64,000 nucleotides of DNA from Nitrospira sp. (GTDB taxonomy: Bacteria > Nitrospirota > Nitrospiria > Nitrospirales > Nitrospiraceae). Location: contig AP038806.1 of the NCBI GenBank assembly GCA_047150005.1, positions 992,001-1,056,000 of the forward strand, written 5' to 3'. Positions within the stretch are counted from its first letter, which is position 1. Each line of letters begins with the position of its first letter. This document shows, piece after piece, positions 49,356-59,439 of this stretch. Both the position numbers and the translations under genes were made by a program. The notes below the pieces were generated by a model. It saw only the letters and a program-made list of their open reading frames with translations, was not told the origin of the DNA and ran no database searches.

Positions 49356-50840
49356 ATGATAGATGCGTATTCTCAGACCTATTCGCGTCCTCGCGAGGCC
49401 CCCGTGGCAGGTATCGCACAAACCCTTCGGCGCAAGGTCCGCTCGCTCGTCAATCAGCCGTCCGGACTCGATGAAATAGCGATCGATGACCTTGCGGCAT
49501 CCAACAAGCTGCGAGCCTGGGAAGCGGTGCAGATTCCCGAACGGTTGAAGTTTTCTTCGAAACTCGCCCTGACGCTCATTTTGCTTTTTATACTGATCAT
49601 CGCGTTTCTGCCGTGGACTCAGACCATTACTGTCACGGGACAGCTGTCGGCTTACACTCCGTTCGAGCGACCGCAGGATATCGAAGCGCAGATTACGGGA
49701 CGCATCAAGAAATGGCACATTTTCGAGGGTGTCCGCGTCAGGCAAGGAGATCTCATCCTGGAGCTGGACGATTACGATCCAAACTTTATGTCCCCCGATC
49801 TCTTGGTCCTCTTGGAGCAACGACGCGTTGCCCTGACCGAAACCCGCAAGGCGGCTCTGGCACGCGCCGCACAATTGGACAAGCGCATCGGGGAAATGCA
49901 GAACATCGTGAAAGCCGCCGTCCCGTCGGCCCAAGCGCGAGTGGTGGAGGCGGAAAACAAAGTGCGGGAAGCCTATCAGAAGGTCGAAGCGGCCAAGATT
50001 GCGGTCGCAACCGCGGAATTGAACGTCGATCGGCATAAGCAACTGGCCGAGCAAGGGCTTGTCTCCCAGCGTGAGTTGGAAGTCGCCATCCAGTCGGCCA
50101 TTGCGTCGAAGGCGGACCTCACCGGCGCACAAGCCAACCTCAAGGCGGCCGAGCAAGGAATGAAGGCGCTGAGCTTCGGCCGGGACCAAGTTAATGCGGA
50201 AGTCCTCCAGCGGCTGCTGGACGCCGAAGCATCGCGAGATGCCTCGATCGCCGAGGCCGCAAGAGCCGCCGATCAGCTGGCCGAGGTGTCCCTCCGCATG
50301 TCGAATGCCGAGCAACGCAGGAACGCGAGCCGCATCCTCGCCCCCATGGATGGCACTGTGGTCAAGATGATGCAGGCCGGCGCCGGCGAAACCGTTCGGC
50401 AGGGAGATAAGATCGTCCGTCTTTCTCCGACCAGCGCCGATAAAGCCATCGAGATGACGGCCGACGGTCTCGACGCTCCGCTTCTGAACGTCGGAAGGAA
50501 GGTCCGAATCCTGTTTTACGGTATTCCGGCTATTCCGCTGCCGGCCTGGCCCGATCTGATGGCCGGCACCTTCGGAGGCCTCATCAAAGTAGTTGACCAA
50601 GTCGATGACGGAAAGGGCAATTTCCGTTTCTGGGTCGTGCCGGATCCGGACGACCGTGCGTGGCCCCCTCAAGAACATGTGCGTCAGGGCACCAAGGCCA
50701 TGGGCTGGGTAATACTCAACCGTGTCCCTTTGTGGTACGAACTCTGGCGCCGCTTCAACCTGTTCCCACCGGACTATCAAGAACGTCCGCCAAGCCTCAT
50801 CGATACCCTCTTGCCCAAGGCAGGACGGGGGGCCAAGTAG
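49356..50840 (+). CDS. HlyD-family periplasmic adaptor (membrane fusion protein)
   Basis: Single TM ending LPWTQ, lipoyl halves (G.IKKW.I.EG..V..GD; ILAP.DG.V), long coiled coil, VPLWYELWRRFN.FPP. Confidence 0.88.
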   Translation: MIDAYSQTYSRPREAPVAGIAQTLRRKVRSLVNQPSGLDEIAIDDLAASNKLRAWEAVQIPERLKFSSKLALTLILLFILIIAFLPWTQTITVTGQLSAYTPFERPQDIEAQITGRIKKWHIFEGVRVRQGDLILELDDYDPNFMSPDLLVLLEQRRVALTETRKAALARAAQLDKRIGEMQNIVKAAVPSAQARVVEAENKVREAYQKVEAAKIAVATAELNVDRHKQLAEQGLVSQRELEVAIQSAIASKADLTGAQANLKAAEQGMKALSFGRDQVNAEVLQRLLDAEASRDASIAEAARAADQLAEVSLRMSNAEQRRNASRILAPMDGTVVKMMQAGAGETVRQGDKIVRLSPTSADKAIEMTADGLDAPLLNVGRKVRILFYGIPAIPLPAWPDLMAGTFGGLIKVVDQVDDGKGNFRFWVVPDPDDRAWPPQEHVRQGTKAMGWVILNRVPLWYELWRRFNLFPPDYQERPPSLIDTLLPKAGRGAK

Positions 50841-50957
50841 GGATTGCCCAGACGTCTGAGTTTCGCCCGTTCTTGTGCATTCAGTGTCTGTGGTGATGTG
50901 CCACCCAAGGAGGGTTGCACCGGCTATACGCTATTCTGTTGAGGAAAGGAGTGCTCC

Positions 50958-52445
50958 ATGTTTGTTCGATGCCTGCTCGCCCTGATCCTGACCTTCGCCC
51001 TTTTTGATTGGTTCCCGGCCCTCGCAGCCTCGGAACCCGCGGTTTCCGACAGGACGCTCCCACCCATTCCCCTGAGCGTGGACGAAGTCCACGCCTGGAT
51101 TGATCGCTCCCACCCGCTGCTGAAGGGAGCCGGAACGGAAAAGGTCATGGCGCGCGGAAAGATGCTGAAGGCGCTGGGAGCCTTTGAGCCGGTCCTCATC
51201 AACGATACGGAGCTCGAACGGTTCATCTCCAGTTCCAATCCGAGCCTGGGCACCCAGTCCAAAGGATTCAACGATACGTTGATCGAAGCACGGCACCCCT
51301 GGGGCTTCCGCGGAAGCGCCGGGATCAGAGAGGTCATCAACGGTCCCGCCAATATTCCCGATCTCGGTTTTGGCGGAGGGACAGGTCAGGTCATTCTCGG
51401 CGGATTCTTCCCGCTTCTCAAAGGACTGCTGATCAACCCGGATAGCGCCGAATTGCAGCGGTCCGAATTGGCGGATCCGCGCGCCGACATCAGGATCGCT
51501 CAAACCAGGCAGGATCTGTTCCTTGCCGCCGCTACCCAGTTCTGGGATTGGGTGGCCGCCGTCCGGTTTGCCGAGGTGCAGCGGAAAGCCGTGGGGGTGG
51601 CGGAAGGAAGATTCAAGCAGATCGAGGGGAGAGCAAAGGCCGGAGCCGTGGCTCCCCTGGACGTCGTCGAGGCGAACCAAGAGGTGCAACGCCGGCGCGA
51701 AGTGGCCATCGGCGCCCAGCGACTGGTGGAACAAGAGCAGTTGAAGCTCTCGATGTTTCTCTGGGAGAATGGCACCCCGTCGTCCCCCCTCACGGAGCGG
51801 GCTCCCGGATTCCCATCGCAGATGCTCATCCCCAACCCCGAAGACGTGAAGGTTCATAAACTGCAGGCAAAGGCCGAGCGCCCGGAAGTCAAAGAGATCG
51901 GCATTGAAGCGAAACTGAACAACATCGATCTCGAGTTGGCGAAGAACAATCTCTTACCCAGCCTCGACGCCGAGGCCGCCCCGGCGCGTCAGCCCGAAAA
52001 GTTCGTGCTGGGTCTCGGGTATCGCTTCGGGATAGAGCTGAAGATGCCGATCCTTCAGCGAAAAGGCCGTGGCGAAGTGCTGGAGGCACAGGGGAAAGCC
52101 GATCGTTTCGTTCTCACGCAGCGGTTCCGTGAGCAGCAGGTGGTCATCGACGTGGACAACGCCTTGTCGGCGATCGAGCGGGCGAAGGAACGGATTTCCA
52201 CCGCAGTCGAATCACTCCGTCTTGCGAAGGCCGTGGAGGAAGGGGAACGGTTCCGATTCAGCCTCGGCGCGACGAGCGTCTTGTTCGTTAACTTAAGGGA
52301 GCGAAATTCCGTGGACTCGGAGGCGCAGGTCATCCGCGCCAAGGCCGACTACCAGAAGGCCCTGGCTCTCTATCAATGGGCGATCGGGACTTGGGGCAAG
52401 TCCGATCCTTCGGCCATTCCGGTCAACTATCGAGCCAGGGACTGA
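50958..52445 (+). CDS. TolC-family outer membrane protein
   Basis: Signal peptide, two OEP repeats (LLPSLD, ERFRFSLG). Confidence 0.88.
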   Translation: MFVRCLLALILTFALFDWFPALAASEPAVSDRTLPPIPLSVDEVHAWIDRSHPLLKGAGTEKVMARGKMLKALGAFEPVLINDTELERFISSSNPSLGTQSKGFNDTLIEARHPWGFRGSAGIREVINGPANIPDLGFGGGTGQVILGGFFPLLKGLLINPDSAELQRSELADPRADIRIAQTRQDLFLAAATQFWDWVAAVRFAEVQRKAVGVAEGRFKQIEGRAKAGAVAPLDVVEANQEVQRRREVAIGAQRLVEQEQLKLSMFLWENGTPSSPLTERAPGFPSQMLIPNPEDVKVHKLQAKAERPEVKEIGIEAKLNNIDLELAKNNLLPSLDAEAAPARQPEKFVLGLGYRFGIELKMPILQRKGRGEVLEAQGKADRFVLTQRFREQQVVIDVDNALSAIERAKERISTAVESLRLAKAVEEGERFRFSLGATSVLFVNLRERNSVDSEAQVIRAKADYQKALALYQWAIGTWGKSDPSAIPVNYRARD

Positions 52446-52577
52446 TCCCGGAAGAAGTGGTTTTTCCCTTTGTGATTTGATAGCTTTAGCCTGGTTGTGT
52501 CGTCACCTCGACGCTGCCGTTGAGTCCCGACCGGGCCCGTCGACGGCGGTACGTGTTTCTCACAGAGGCGAGGTCCT

Positions 52578-54242
52578 GTGCAAACAGCCACAGCCGGCCG
52601 GCCGAATCTGATCCAAGCCATCCTCGGCTATCTCGGCATCATTTTCCGTCTTGAACGACGGCTCCTGGCACTGGTGTTCTCCTATTCGCTCGCGATCGGG
52701 CTTTTCTCCCTGATTGTCCCGTTGACCGTACAGGAACTGGTCAACACCTTTGCGTTTGCGATCCAGCCGGTCACGATCGTCACTCTCGCCGGCGTCATGG
52801 TCGCGGCCCTCCTATTCGTCGGAGCGTTCAAGGCCCTTCAGTACTATGCCGTGGAGATGCTGGAACGGCGATTTTTTGCCAGAGTCGCCATCGGCATGAC
52901 CGAGCAACTGCCTCGCCTGCAGTTCCTAGGTTTCAAGCCCCGGTATGCCAACTTCTTCATGGAAACCATCTTCATGCAGCGGGCGATGTCCGTGCTCCTG
53001 GTCGATCTGATCGACGTGGTGGTGGGAGGAGCCGTGGGGCTCACCATCCTCGTGTTCTATCACCCTTATTTCCTGCTCTACGCGGCGCTCCTGCTGGCCG
53101 GATTCAACGTCGTCTTCTTCCTGCTGTCCCACGGCGGCCTCAAAGCCACCATTGAGATGTCTCACGCCAAGTACGAAACGCTCCATTGGATGCAGGAAAT
53201 TTCGTACAACCTCCTGCACTTCAAGGCGACGGACAGTCAAACTCTGCTCATGCAGCGAACCGACGACCTTGTCGACCGATACGTGGAAGCCCGCCAGAGC
53301 CGCTTCGGTATCCTGATCCGGCAATATCTGGGATCGGTGGGCTGGCAAGCCGTGGCTCAGGGCGGCCTCATCGCCACCGCAGGGTGGCTCGTTTCGATCG
53401 GACAGCTGACGCTCGGACAATTGGTCGCAGCGGAAGTCGTCGTCAGCGGTCTCATCGCAAGTTTCGACGGTGTGGTGAAGCGCATGGGCCACATTTACTA
53501 TTTCCTAACCGGGCTGGCGGAGTTGGATTTCGTGTTCTCGTTGGCCAAGGATAAGACCGCGACCACGCTTTCAGTTCCGCTCCCGGACCCGACCATTCAC
53601 GGTATTCGCGTGACCTGCAAGGACTTGACCGTTCAACATCCTGAATTGCCTCCGATTTTCGGCGACTTCGATCTCGAAGTGATGCCCGGAGAAAAGATCG
53701 GAGTCTATGCGAGCACGACCATCGCCAAGACGGCGCTGGCCCGCGTCCTGGCCGGTATCGAAGCGCCCACCTCGGGCGTCATCCGTTACAACGGCGTCGA
53801 TCTTCGGCATATCGACATTACCGCCATCAACCGTTGCCGCGGCTTTATGATCGACTCCCAATTGTCGCTCTTCGAAGGCACGATCGAGGACAACATCGTC
53901 CTGGGGCGCTCCTATATCCCATACGCCGATGTCCGATGGGCGTTACGCATGGTGGAGTTGGAAGAGGAAGTTGACACCCTGCCGCAGGGGCTGAAGACGA
54001 ACGTGCGCGCCCCGGGAAAAATCCTCGCCCCGACTCATATCGTCCGCATCCTTCTCGCCCGGGCTATTTTGAGCCGGCCTCAAATCCTGATCTTCGACGG
54101 CATCCTTCACAATCTGCCGCCGGCTTTGCGCGAAACTGTCCTCCGTCGCATCTGTTCCAAGGACGAGCCCTGGTCGGTCGTCTTCGTCTCCAATGACCCC
54201 AATTTGACGTCGCATGTCGATCGGCGACTGATCCTTAACTGA
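52578..54242 (+). CDS. Type I secretion-like ABC transporter (TMD and NBD) with degenerate ATPase motifs
   Basis: GQLTLGQLVAAE, LFEGTIEDNI, LPQGLKT, LARAIL; Walker A, signature and Walker B are non-canonical. Confidence 0.85.
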   Translation: MQTATAGRPNLIQAILGYLGIIFRLERRLLALVFSYSLAIGLFSLIVPLTVQELVNTFAFAIQPVTIVTLAGVMVAALLFVGAFKALQYYAVEMLERRFFARVAIGMTEQLPRLQFLGFKPRYANFFMETIFMQRAMSVLLVDLIDVVVGGAVGLTILVFYHPYFLLYAALLLAGFNVVFFLLSHGGLKATIEMSHAKYETLHWMQEISYNLLHFKATDSQTLLMQRTDDLVDRYVEARQSRFGILIRQYLGSVGWQAVAQGGLIATAGWLVSIGQLTLGQLVAAEVVVSGLIASFDGVVKRMGHIYYFLTGLAELDFVFSLAKDKTATTLSVPLPDPTIHGIRVTCKDLTVQHPELPPIFGDFDLEVMPGEKIGVYASTTIAKTALARVLAGIEAPTSGVIRYNGVDLRHIDITAINRCRGFMIDSQLSLFEGTIEDNIVLGRSYIPYADVRWALRMVELEEEVDTLPQGLKTNVRAPGKILAPTHIVRILLARAILSRPQILIFDGILHNLPPALRETVLRRICSKDEPWSVVFVSNDPNLTSHVDRRLILN

Positions 54243-54255
54243 AGAGAGGAGCGGC

Positions 54256-55041
54256 GTGCATCCCGTGAAATGGATTTTCTCGTTCAGGCCTCGCGTCTCG
54301 CAGGTGATCGTCAGCATCCTGATCGCCGGATTGGGCTGGCTCAGCGGGCAGGCATTGAGCCGTGTCGACCAGGACCTCCGCATCATGTACACGGAATACA
54401 CGCTCGGCGCAGCCGATCTCGCGCATATCTCGGCCGACGTGATGCGCTATCGCAACACGATCATCCGGGCATTGGAAGCGGACAGTCGGAAGGAGTTCGA
54501 ACGCATCACCGAGTCGTTGCCGATTCAGCGTGCGCGGATTCAGCAGGCGGTCGACCGTTACGCCGCGGCAGGGCTGCGCGTCTCGCGGAGCGGGCGGAGC
54601 GAGCCGGAGGACATCGAAGCGGTACGGAGGAGTCTCGATCAGTACTTTTCGGTGGCCAGCACGACCGTTCAACTGCTGACTCAAGAATGGACGGCGGGGT
54701 CCCAGTCCGAGCGAGAGGTCCTGCGGCGAAAAGCGGAAGAACATGCCGCAGATAACGGCGGCCCCAAGATGATTCAGGTCAGTCTGGCGCTGGACCGATT
54801 GCTGGACACGGTCGCCGACGTGGCGAAAGACATGCGGGAGGAAGGCACCAGAGCGATCCAAAATACCAGTTTGCTGCTCGTCGTGGGCAGTTTCTTTGTC
54901 GCATTTCTGAATCTGCTTTTAGCGAGACGGCACCACGCGGACACACAGGATGACTCGGCGGAATCCACCCACGCATCGTCTTCCTCCGTCCCGCTTCCCC
55001 TTTCCGGCAACCACCGGAATTCTCTCTTGCGCTCCGAATAG
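54256..55041 (+). CDS. Membrane protein with an MCP-type four-helix-bundle sensor domain and no output domain
   Basis: TM, helical extracytoplasmic region, second TM, short Ser-rich tail; GAGAGGAG RBS before GTG. Confidence 0.7.
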   Translation: MHPVKWIFSFRPRVSQVIVSILIAGLGWLSGQALSRVDQDLRIMYTEYTLGAADLAHISADVMRYRNTIIRALEADSRKEFERITESLPIQRARIQQAVDRYAAAGLRVSRSGRSEPEDIEAVRRSLDQYFSVASTTVQLLTQEWTAGSQSEREVLRRKAEEHAADNGGPKMIQVSLALDRLLDTVADVAKDMREEGTRAIQNTSLLLVVGSFFVAFLNLLLARRHHADTQDDSAESTHASSSSVPLPLSGNHRNSLLRSE

Positions 55042-55056
55042 AGCCGGCGTTCAGAG

Positions 55057-55779
55057 TCATCCGCGAGAATCACTGCTTCGTCCCACGGCGCGAAACAGCT
55101 CGTTGCGTTCCTTCGGCGTCAAGGGCATCCATCGCCCCTTCGCCAAACCGGCGATGGTGATATGCATGATGCGGACACGATGGAGATCGGTGACCCGAAA
55201 GCCGAGCGCGCGGCACATCCGTCTGATCTGCCGGTTGCGCCCCTCCGTCAGAATGATCCGAAACCGTCGGGGTCCCAACCGTTCCAGTCGGCAGGGCTTC
55301 GTGGGGCTGCCGAGAATCACCACGCCCGACGCCATGCCGTCCAGAAAGGCGCGGTCGAATGAGCGATCAACGGTCACCTCGTATTCGCGCTCGTGCCCGT
55401 GCTCCGTTCGGAGAATGTCATTGACGATGTCGCCGTCGTTGGTCAAGAGAATCAGACCGGACGAATCTTTGTCTAAACGTCCGATCGGAAAGATGCGTTC
55501 CCGGTGTCCGATCTCCGCGATGATGTTTCTCGGCACACGGACCTCGCTCGTCGTGGTAACTCCCACAGGCTTGTGGTACTTGATATAGATCGGCTCCTGT
55601 CCCCATGGGATGACTTCGCCGTCCCGCGCGATGACGTCGCCGGAGGAGACGCGGTCCCCGAGCTTCGCCACCTTCTGATTGATGGTCACGCGCCCTGTCT
55701 CGATCAGGCGATCGGCTTCACGGCGTGAACAGATCCCGTGCTGGGTAAAAAACTTGTTGATGCGGATGGAGTCGGTCAC
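55057..55779 (-). CDS. rRNA pseudouridine synthase (RsuA/RluB/RluF family)
   Basis: S4 domain (CSRREAD), KPVG, GRLDKDSSGL, LTEGRNRQIRRM; start moved to GTG 55779. Confidence 0.92.
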   Translation of the reverse strand: MTDSIRINKFFTQHGICSRREADRLIETGRVTINQKVAKLGDRVSSGDVIARDGEVIPWGQEPIYIKYHKPVGVTTTSEVRVPRNIIAEIGHRERIFPIGRLDKDSSGLILLTNDGDIVNDILRTEHGHEREYEVTVDRSFDRAFLDGMASGVVILGSPTKPCRLERLGPRRFRIILTEGRNRQIRRMCRALGFRVTDLHRVRIMHITIAGLAKGRWMPLTPKERNELFRAVGRSSDSRG

Positions 55780-55800
55780 AAGGCGGCGCGGGAGAAGACG

Positions 55801-55861
55801 GTTGTGAGTTGTGAGTTTCTCGTTATGAGTCCCAAATTCTAAAAATCTAGAACTCAAAACT
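55801..55861. repeat. AT-rich heptamer-periodic imperfect inverted repeat in the speB-pseudouridine synthase spacer
   Basis: GTTGTGA GTTGTGA GTTTCTC GTTATGA, then a loosely complementary arm ...TCTAGAACTCAAAAC. Confidence 0.55.
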
Positions 55862-55868
55862 ATTCCTA

Positions 55869-56801
55869 CTAGTGGACGCGGCGGCCCGCCTTGATCCGCC
55901 CCAGTATCCGATAAATCAGCCGGGCGACGCAAAACTGAGGAGCCACGAAGCCTTCGATCGGCGCGATTTCGCTGATGTCCATTCCGAGAATACCCGGGCC
56001 GTTGGCCAGGGCCGTCACCAGGTTGAGCGTATCGTACCAGCCCAACCCCCCCGGCTCAGGCGTTCCCAGAGCCGGCACCAACGAGGCGTCCAGTCCGTCG
56101 CAGTCAAACGTTAAATAGACCGGGCCGGTACAGGCCTTCACGATGTCGGGAATCCATCGCGACGCTTTCCCTTCGTAGGGTCCTGATGGGTCGAGCAACG
56201 AAGCCGCAAAAAACGTCGCGATCGACTTGGCCTGCCTGATCCGTTCGATCTCTTCAGGGCAGATCGACCGAATACCGACTTGGACCAAGGGCAGACCATC
56301 GTCGACGACGCGCGCCATGACGCTGGCGTGGCTGTACGGGTTCCCCTGGTAGGCGTTGCGGAGATCTCCATGTGCGTCAATTTGCACGACACAGAGGTGC
56401 GGATACTTTTTCGCATGCGCCCTGATCGCTCCCAACGCGCCGGTATGCTCGCCGGTCAGGGTGATGAGGAACCGGCCTGTTCCCACGTGCGGACGGACAA
56501 ATGCCTCGATCGCATCAACCGCCGCCTGGTCGACCCTGCCGGCCAGATCCAACGATTTGATGGTAGCGATGCCGCCCCATTCCCGGTACGGCTCGCACCG
56601 GAGCAGTTCATCGTAAAATTCGACCTGATGGGACGCTTCGATGATGGCGGAGGGTCCTTTATCCGATCCGAGAATGTAGCTCGAGGTGTGCTCGTAGGGA
56701 GCAGGCAGGACGTAGAGACCGGCCTGGTCGGGATGACACCAGGGTTCTTCAAGTCCGAGGAAATTGCGTTCGCAGCCTTCCCAGCCGGCGGGAAGTGTCA
56801 T
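55869..56801 (-). CDS. speB: Agmatinase (ureohydrolase)
   Basis: GEH, DAHGD, SHAS, GIRS, DCDGLD, GTPEPGG; next to an arginine decarboxylase. Confidence 0.9.
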   Translation of the reverse strand: MTLPAGWEGCERNFLGLEEPWCHPDQAGLYVLPAPYEHTSSYILGSDKGPSAIIEASHQVEFYDELLRCEPYREWGGIATIKSLDLAGRVDQAAVDAIEAFVRPHVGTGRFLITLTGEHTGALGAIRAHAKKYPHLCVVQIDAHGDLRNAYQGNPYSHASVMARVVDDGLPLVQVGIRSICPEEIERIRQAKSIATFFAASLLDPSGPYEGKASRWIPDIVKACTGPVYLTFDCDGLDASLVPALGTPEPGGLGWYDTLNLVTALANGPGILGMDISEIAPIEGFVAPQFCVARLIYRILGRIKAGRRVH

Positions 56802-56864
56802 GAATATGCGCTCTCAAGGCGGGAGTCGACCCGCGCCGATCCCATGTGATGATCCTCGTCTGGG

Positions 56865-57434
56865 TCACCGACGGGATCGTTTCGGAAGATTCTCCAGCGG
56901 AATGAAGACCGCCAGTGCCACGACGGTGGTCCATTTTCCCGGCTTGCCGATGGCCGACTGCGTGATATTCAAGGTTCTCACGATCTTGCCGCCCATCTTG
57001 AAGACCTGCTCGCGCTCTTTCCAGGCGATGTTCGGATCGAATTCCACGCCCAGTGTCGTCGCCAACATCTGCGCCGCCAGATCCTCGGTATATTCCCCGG
57101 TCTCTTCGTCGGTTTCCCCATGAGCGTGATGTTCGGAGAGATACCCGTAGGTGCGCCGATCGGTGGGAATAGCTAAGCCGATCGAAGCCGAGACCAACCG
57201 GTTTCGCTCGTTGGTCTCCGACCGCGCCATGACGCAATGGGTGATCTCACCGGGATTGAGGAGTTTCTCGCCGCGTTTTCTGGGAATGATCTTGCAGTTG
57301 GGAGGAAGAATCGAGGACACGCTGACGAGATTGCAATAGGCCACGCCGGCACTCCGCAACGCTTGCTCGAAGGAGGCTAGCTTTTCTCGATGGACGCCGA
57401 CTCCTCTTGTGAGAAACATGTGCGTAGGTACCAT
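56865..57434 (-). CDS. Pyruvoyl-dependent arginine decarboxylase
   Basis: [19 protein letters not shown] (self-cleavage SS), GYLSEHH. Confidence 0.9.
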   Translation of the reverse strand: MVPTHMFLTRGVGVHREKLASFEQALRSAGVAYCNLVSVSSILPPNCKIIPRKRGEKLLNPGEITHCVMARSETNERNRLVSASIGLAIPTDRRTYGYLSEHHAHGETDEETGEYTEDLAAQMLATTLGVEFDPNIAWKEREQVFKMGGKIVRTLNITQSAIGKPGKWTTVVALAVFIPLENLPKRSRR

Positions 57435-57588
57435 CGTCTCATCCCCCTTAGCTTCGTCCGCCCTCTCGCGGACCCGTCCTCGCCCACCGCAGGCCTCGCA
57501 CTGCACGAACCGGCGCACAGGGCCGCTGTTGTATCAAGAATGTGGCCTGTTCGCAATATCCAGACGCGTTCTCGACCCAGAAACCGGC

Positions 57589-59019
57589 TCAGGATATCTT
57601 CAGATTCAAGACGAGTAGACGCGGTTCGGTCATCTCCTCGATCGTGGAGGCGACGCCTTCGCGGCCCAGACCGGAATCCTTCACGCCGCCGTAGGGCATG
57701 TGCTCCGCCCGAAACGTGGGAATCTCGTTCGCCAACACCGCTCCCACTTCCAGCCGTCGGAAGGCCTGGAAGACCTTGTCCACGTCCTTGGTGAAGACAC
57801 CCGCTTGCAGCCCATAGTCCGACCGGTTCAGGGCGTCGACGGCTTCGTCAAATTCCCCGTAGGGCGTCACCGTGACGACCGGTCCGAAGACTTCCTGACA
57901 GGACACCTTCATGGCGGGCGTGACGTTACCCAAGACGGTGGCCTCGACGACGGAGCCGAGCCGCTTCCCCCCCAGAAGCACGCGGGCTCCTTGCGACACG
58001 GCCTCCGCAATCCACGCCTCGACGCGGTTCGCAGCGCCTTGATCGATCAAAGGGCCGACGACCGTCCCGCCGTCGCCGGGGTCTCCGACCTTCAAACGCG
58101 CCACTTGCAGCAACAGCTTGGTCGTAAAGAGATCGGCAATGGAGTGATGAACAAAAATCTGCTGGACCGAGATGCAGGTTTGGCCGGCATACGAAAACGC
58201 TCCGGCGGCGCAACGTTGAGTCGCCAATTCCAAGTCGGCATCGGGCTCGATGATCACACCCGCGTTGCCACCAAGTTCCAGCACAACCTTTTTTTTCCCG
58301 GAGAGAGCCTTCAGTTTCCAGCCGACCGCGGCGCTGCCGGTAAAGCTGAGCAGCTTGAACCGCGGATCCGTCACGAGCTGCTCCGCCACGGTGTTGTCGC
58401 AGGGCAGGATGTTCAAACCGCCGGGAGGCACCCCGGCCTCCATCGCCACTTCTCCCAGTAAGAGCGCGGTGAGCGGGGTCTGGGGAGCCGGTTTGATCAG
58501 AATGGAATTGCCGGCGGCCAATGCCGGAGCCACCTTGTGAGCCACCAGATTGAGCGGAAAATTGAACGGCGTAATGCCCAGCACCGGTCCGATGGGAACG
58601 CGTCGAAGAATGCCGAGGTGCGAGTCGGTCCCCGGCGTCCAGTCGAGGGGAATCACGTCCCCCGGGATTCTCCTTGCCTCCTCCGCCGCCACCGTGAAGG
58701 TCTGCACGGCTCGACTCACTTCGCGTTTGGCGTCGGTGATCGGCTTGCCCGCCTCGGCGGTCATCAGCTGGGCGAATTCGTCCCGCCGGTCATAGAGCGC
58801 TCCGGCGATCTTCTGTAACAGGTGATAGCGGGCGTGCGAGGGAAGCGTCCCCATCTGCCGGGCGGCGTCACTGGTCGACTGAGCCGCGTCAGCCGCGTCG
58901 TCGAGACCGGCCTGCGCCACCTCCGCCAGCACCGTTCCCGTAAAGGGATCGTGCACAGGGAGGGCTATCTTGCCCTGTCGCCAATTGCCGCCGATAAGAA
59001 ATGGACGTGGTCCCTGCAA
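57589..59019 (-). CDS. Aldehyde dehydrogenase family protein
   Basis: ITPFNFP, FTGS, LELGGN, GQTCIS (catalytic Cys), EVFGP, PYGGVKDSG. Confidence 0.93.
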   Translation of the reverse strand: MQGPRPFLIGGNWRQGKIALPVHDPFTGTVLAEVAQAGLDDAADAAQSTSDAARQMGTLPSHARYHLLQKIAGALYDRRDEFAQLMTAEAGKPITDAKREVSRAVQTFTVAAEEARRIPGDVIPLDWTPGTDSHLGILRRVPIGPVLGITPFNFPLNLVAHKVAPALAAGNSILIKPAPQTPLTALLLGEVAMEAGVPPGGLNILPCDNTVAEQLVTDPRFKLLSFTGSAAVGWKLKALSGKKKVVLELGGNAGVIIEPDADLELATQRCAAGAFSYAGQTCISVQQIFVHHSIADLFTTKLLLQVARLKVGDPGDGGTVVGPLIDQGAANRVEAWIAEAVSQGARVLLGGKRLGSVVEATVLGNVTPAMKVSCQEVFGPVVTVTPYGEFDEAVDALNRSDYGLQAGVFTKDVDKVFQAFRRLEVGAVLANEIPTFRAEHMPYGGVKDSGLGREGVASTIEEMTEPRLLVLNLKIS

Positions 59020-59105
59020 CGAGACACTCCACAGAGGGAAAGGAACGTGCGCAGAGGCTGCGCTCGCGCGAGCCGTCGCCCCAGCTCCCCGCTACATCGC
59101 GCCGA

Positions 59106-59393
59106 CTAGAGCGCGGACTCGATTGAGGATGTGGAAGCCGGCTCGGCCGTCGCGGCGGGCTCCGCCGCTGCAGCCTGCTCTCCGGCGACCGCCTTGCTGA
59201 TCAGATCTTCCGTGCCCCAATCACGAATCGCTTCGAGAGAAAAGGCTTCGTAGGTCGAGACGCCGTGGCAGGACGGACAATCCGGCATCGGGACCTTGCG
59301 GTAAAACACCTCCGACAGACAGGACATGCACACCCAGAACGGAGGCTCGTTGTCGCGGTGAGGAACGGACCAGAACGATTGCGTGATTGACAT
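59106..59393 (-). CDS. Small zinc-ribbon protein
   Basis: CMSC and CPSC pairs; AAGAAGGA RBS; Ala/Ser-rich tail. Confidence 0.75.
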   Translation of the reverse strand: MSITQSFWSVPHRDNEPPFWVCMSCLSEVFYRKVPMPDCPSCHGVSTYEAFSLEAIRDWGTEDLISKAVAGEQAAAAEPAATAEPASTSSIESAL

Positions 59394-59439
59394 AGGTTAT
59401 CCTTCTTTAGGTGTGTCCGCCGGTTGGGTCCTCATGGTC

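Noticed and set aside
49269..50780. Long antisense ORFs (503 aa here; also 34465-35694, 40115-41305, 7298-8362)
   Set aside because: They shadow well-supported genes on the opposite strand, as expected in GC-rich DNA, and show no motifs.
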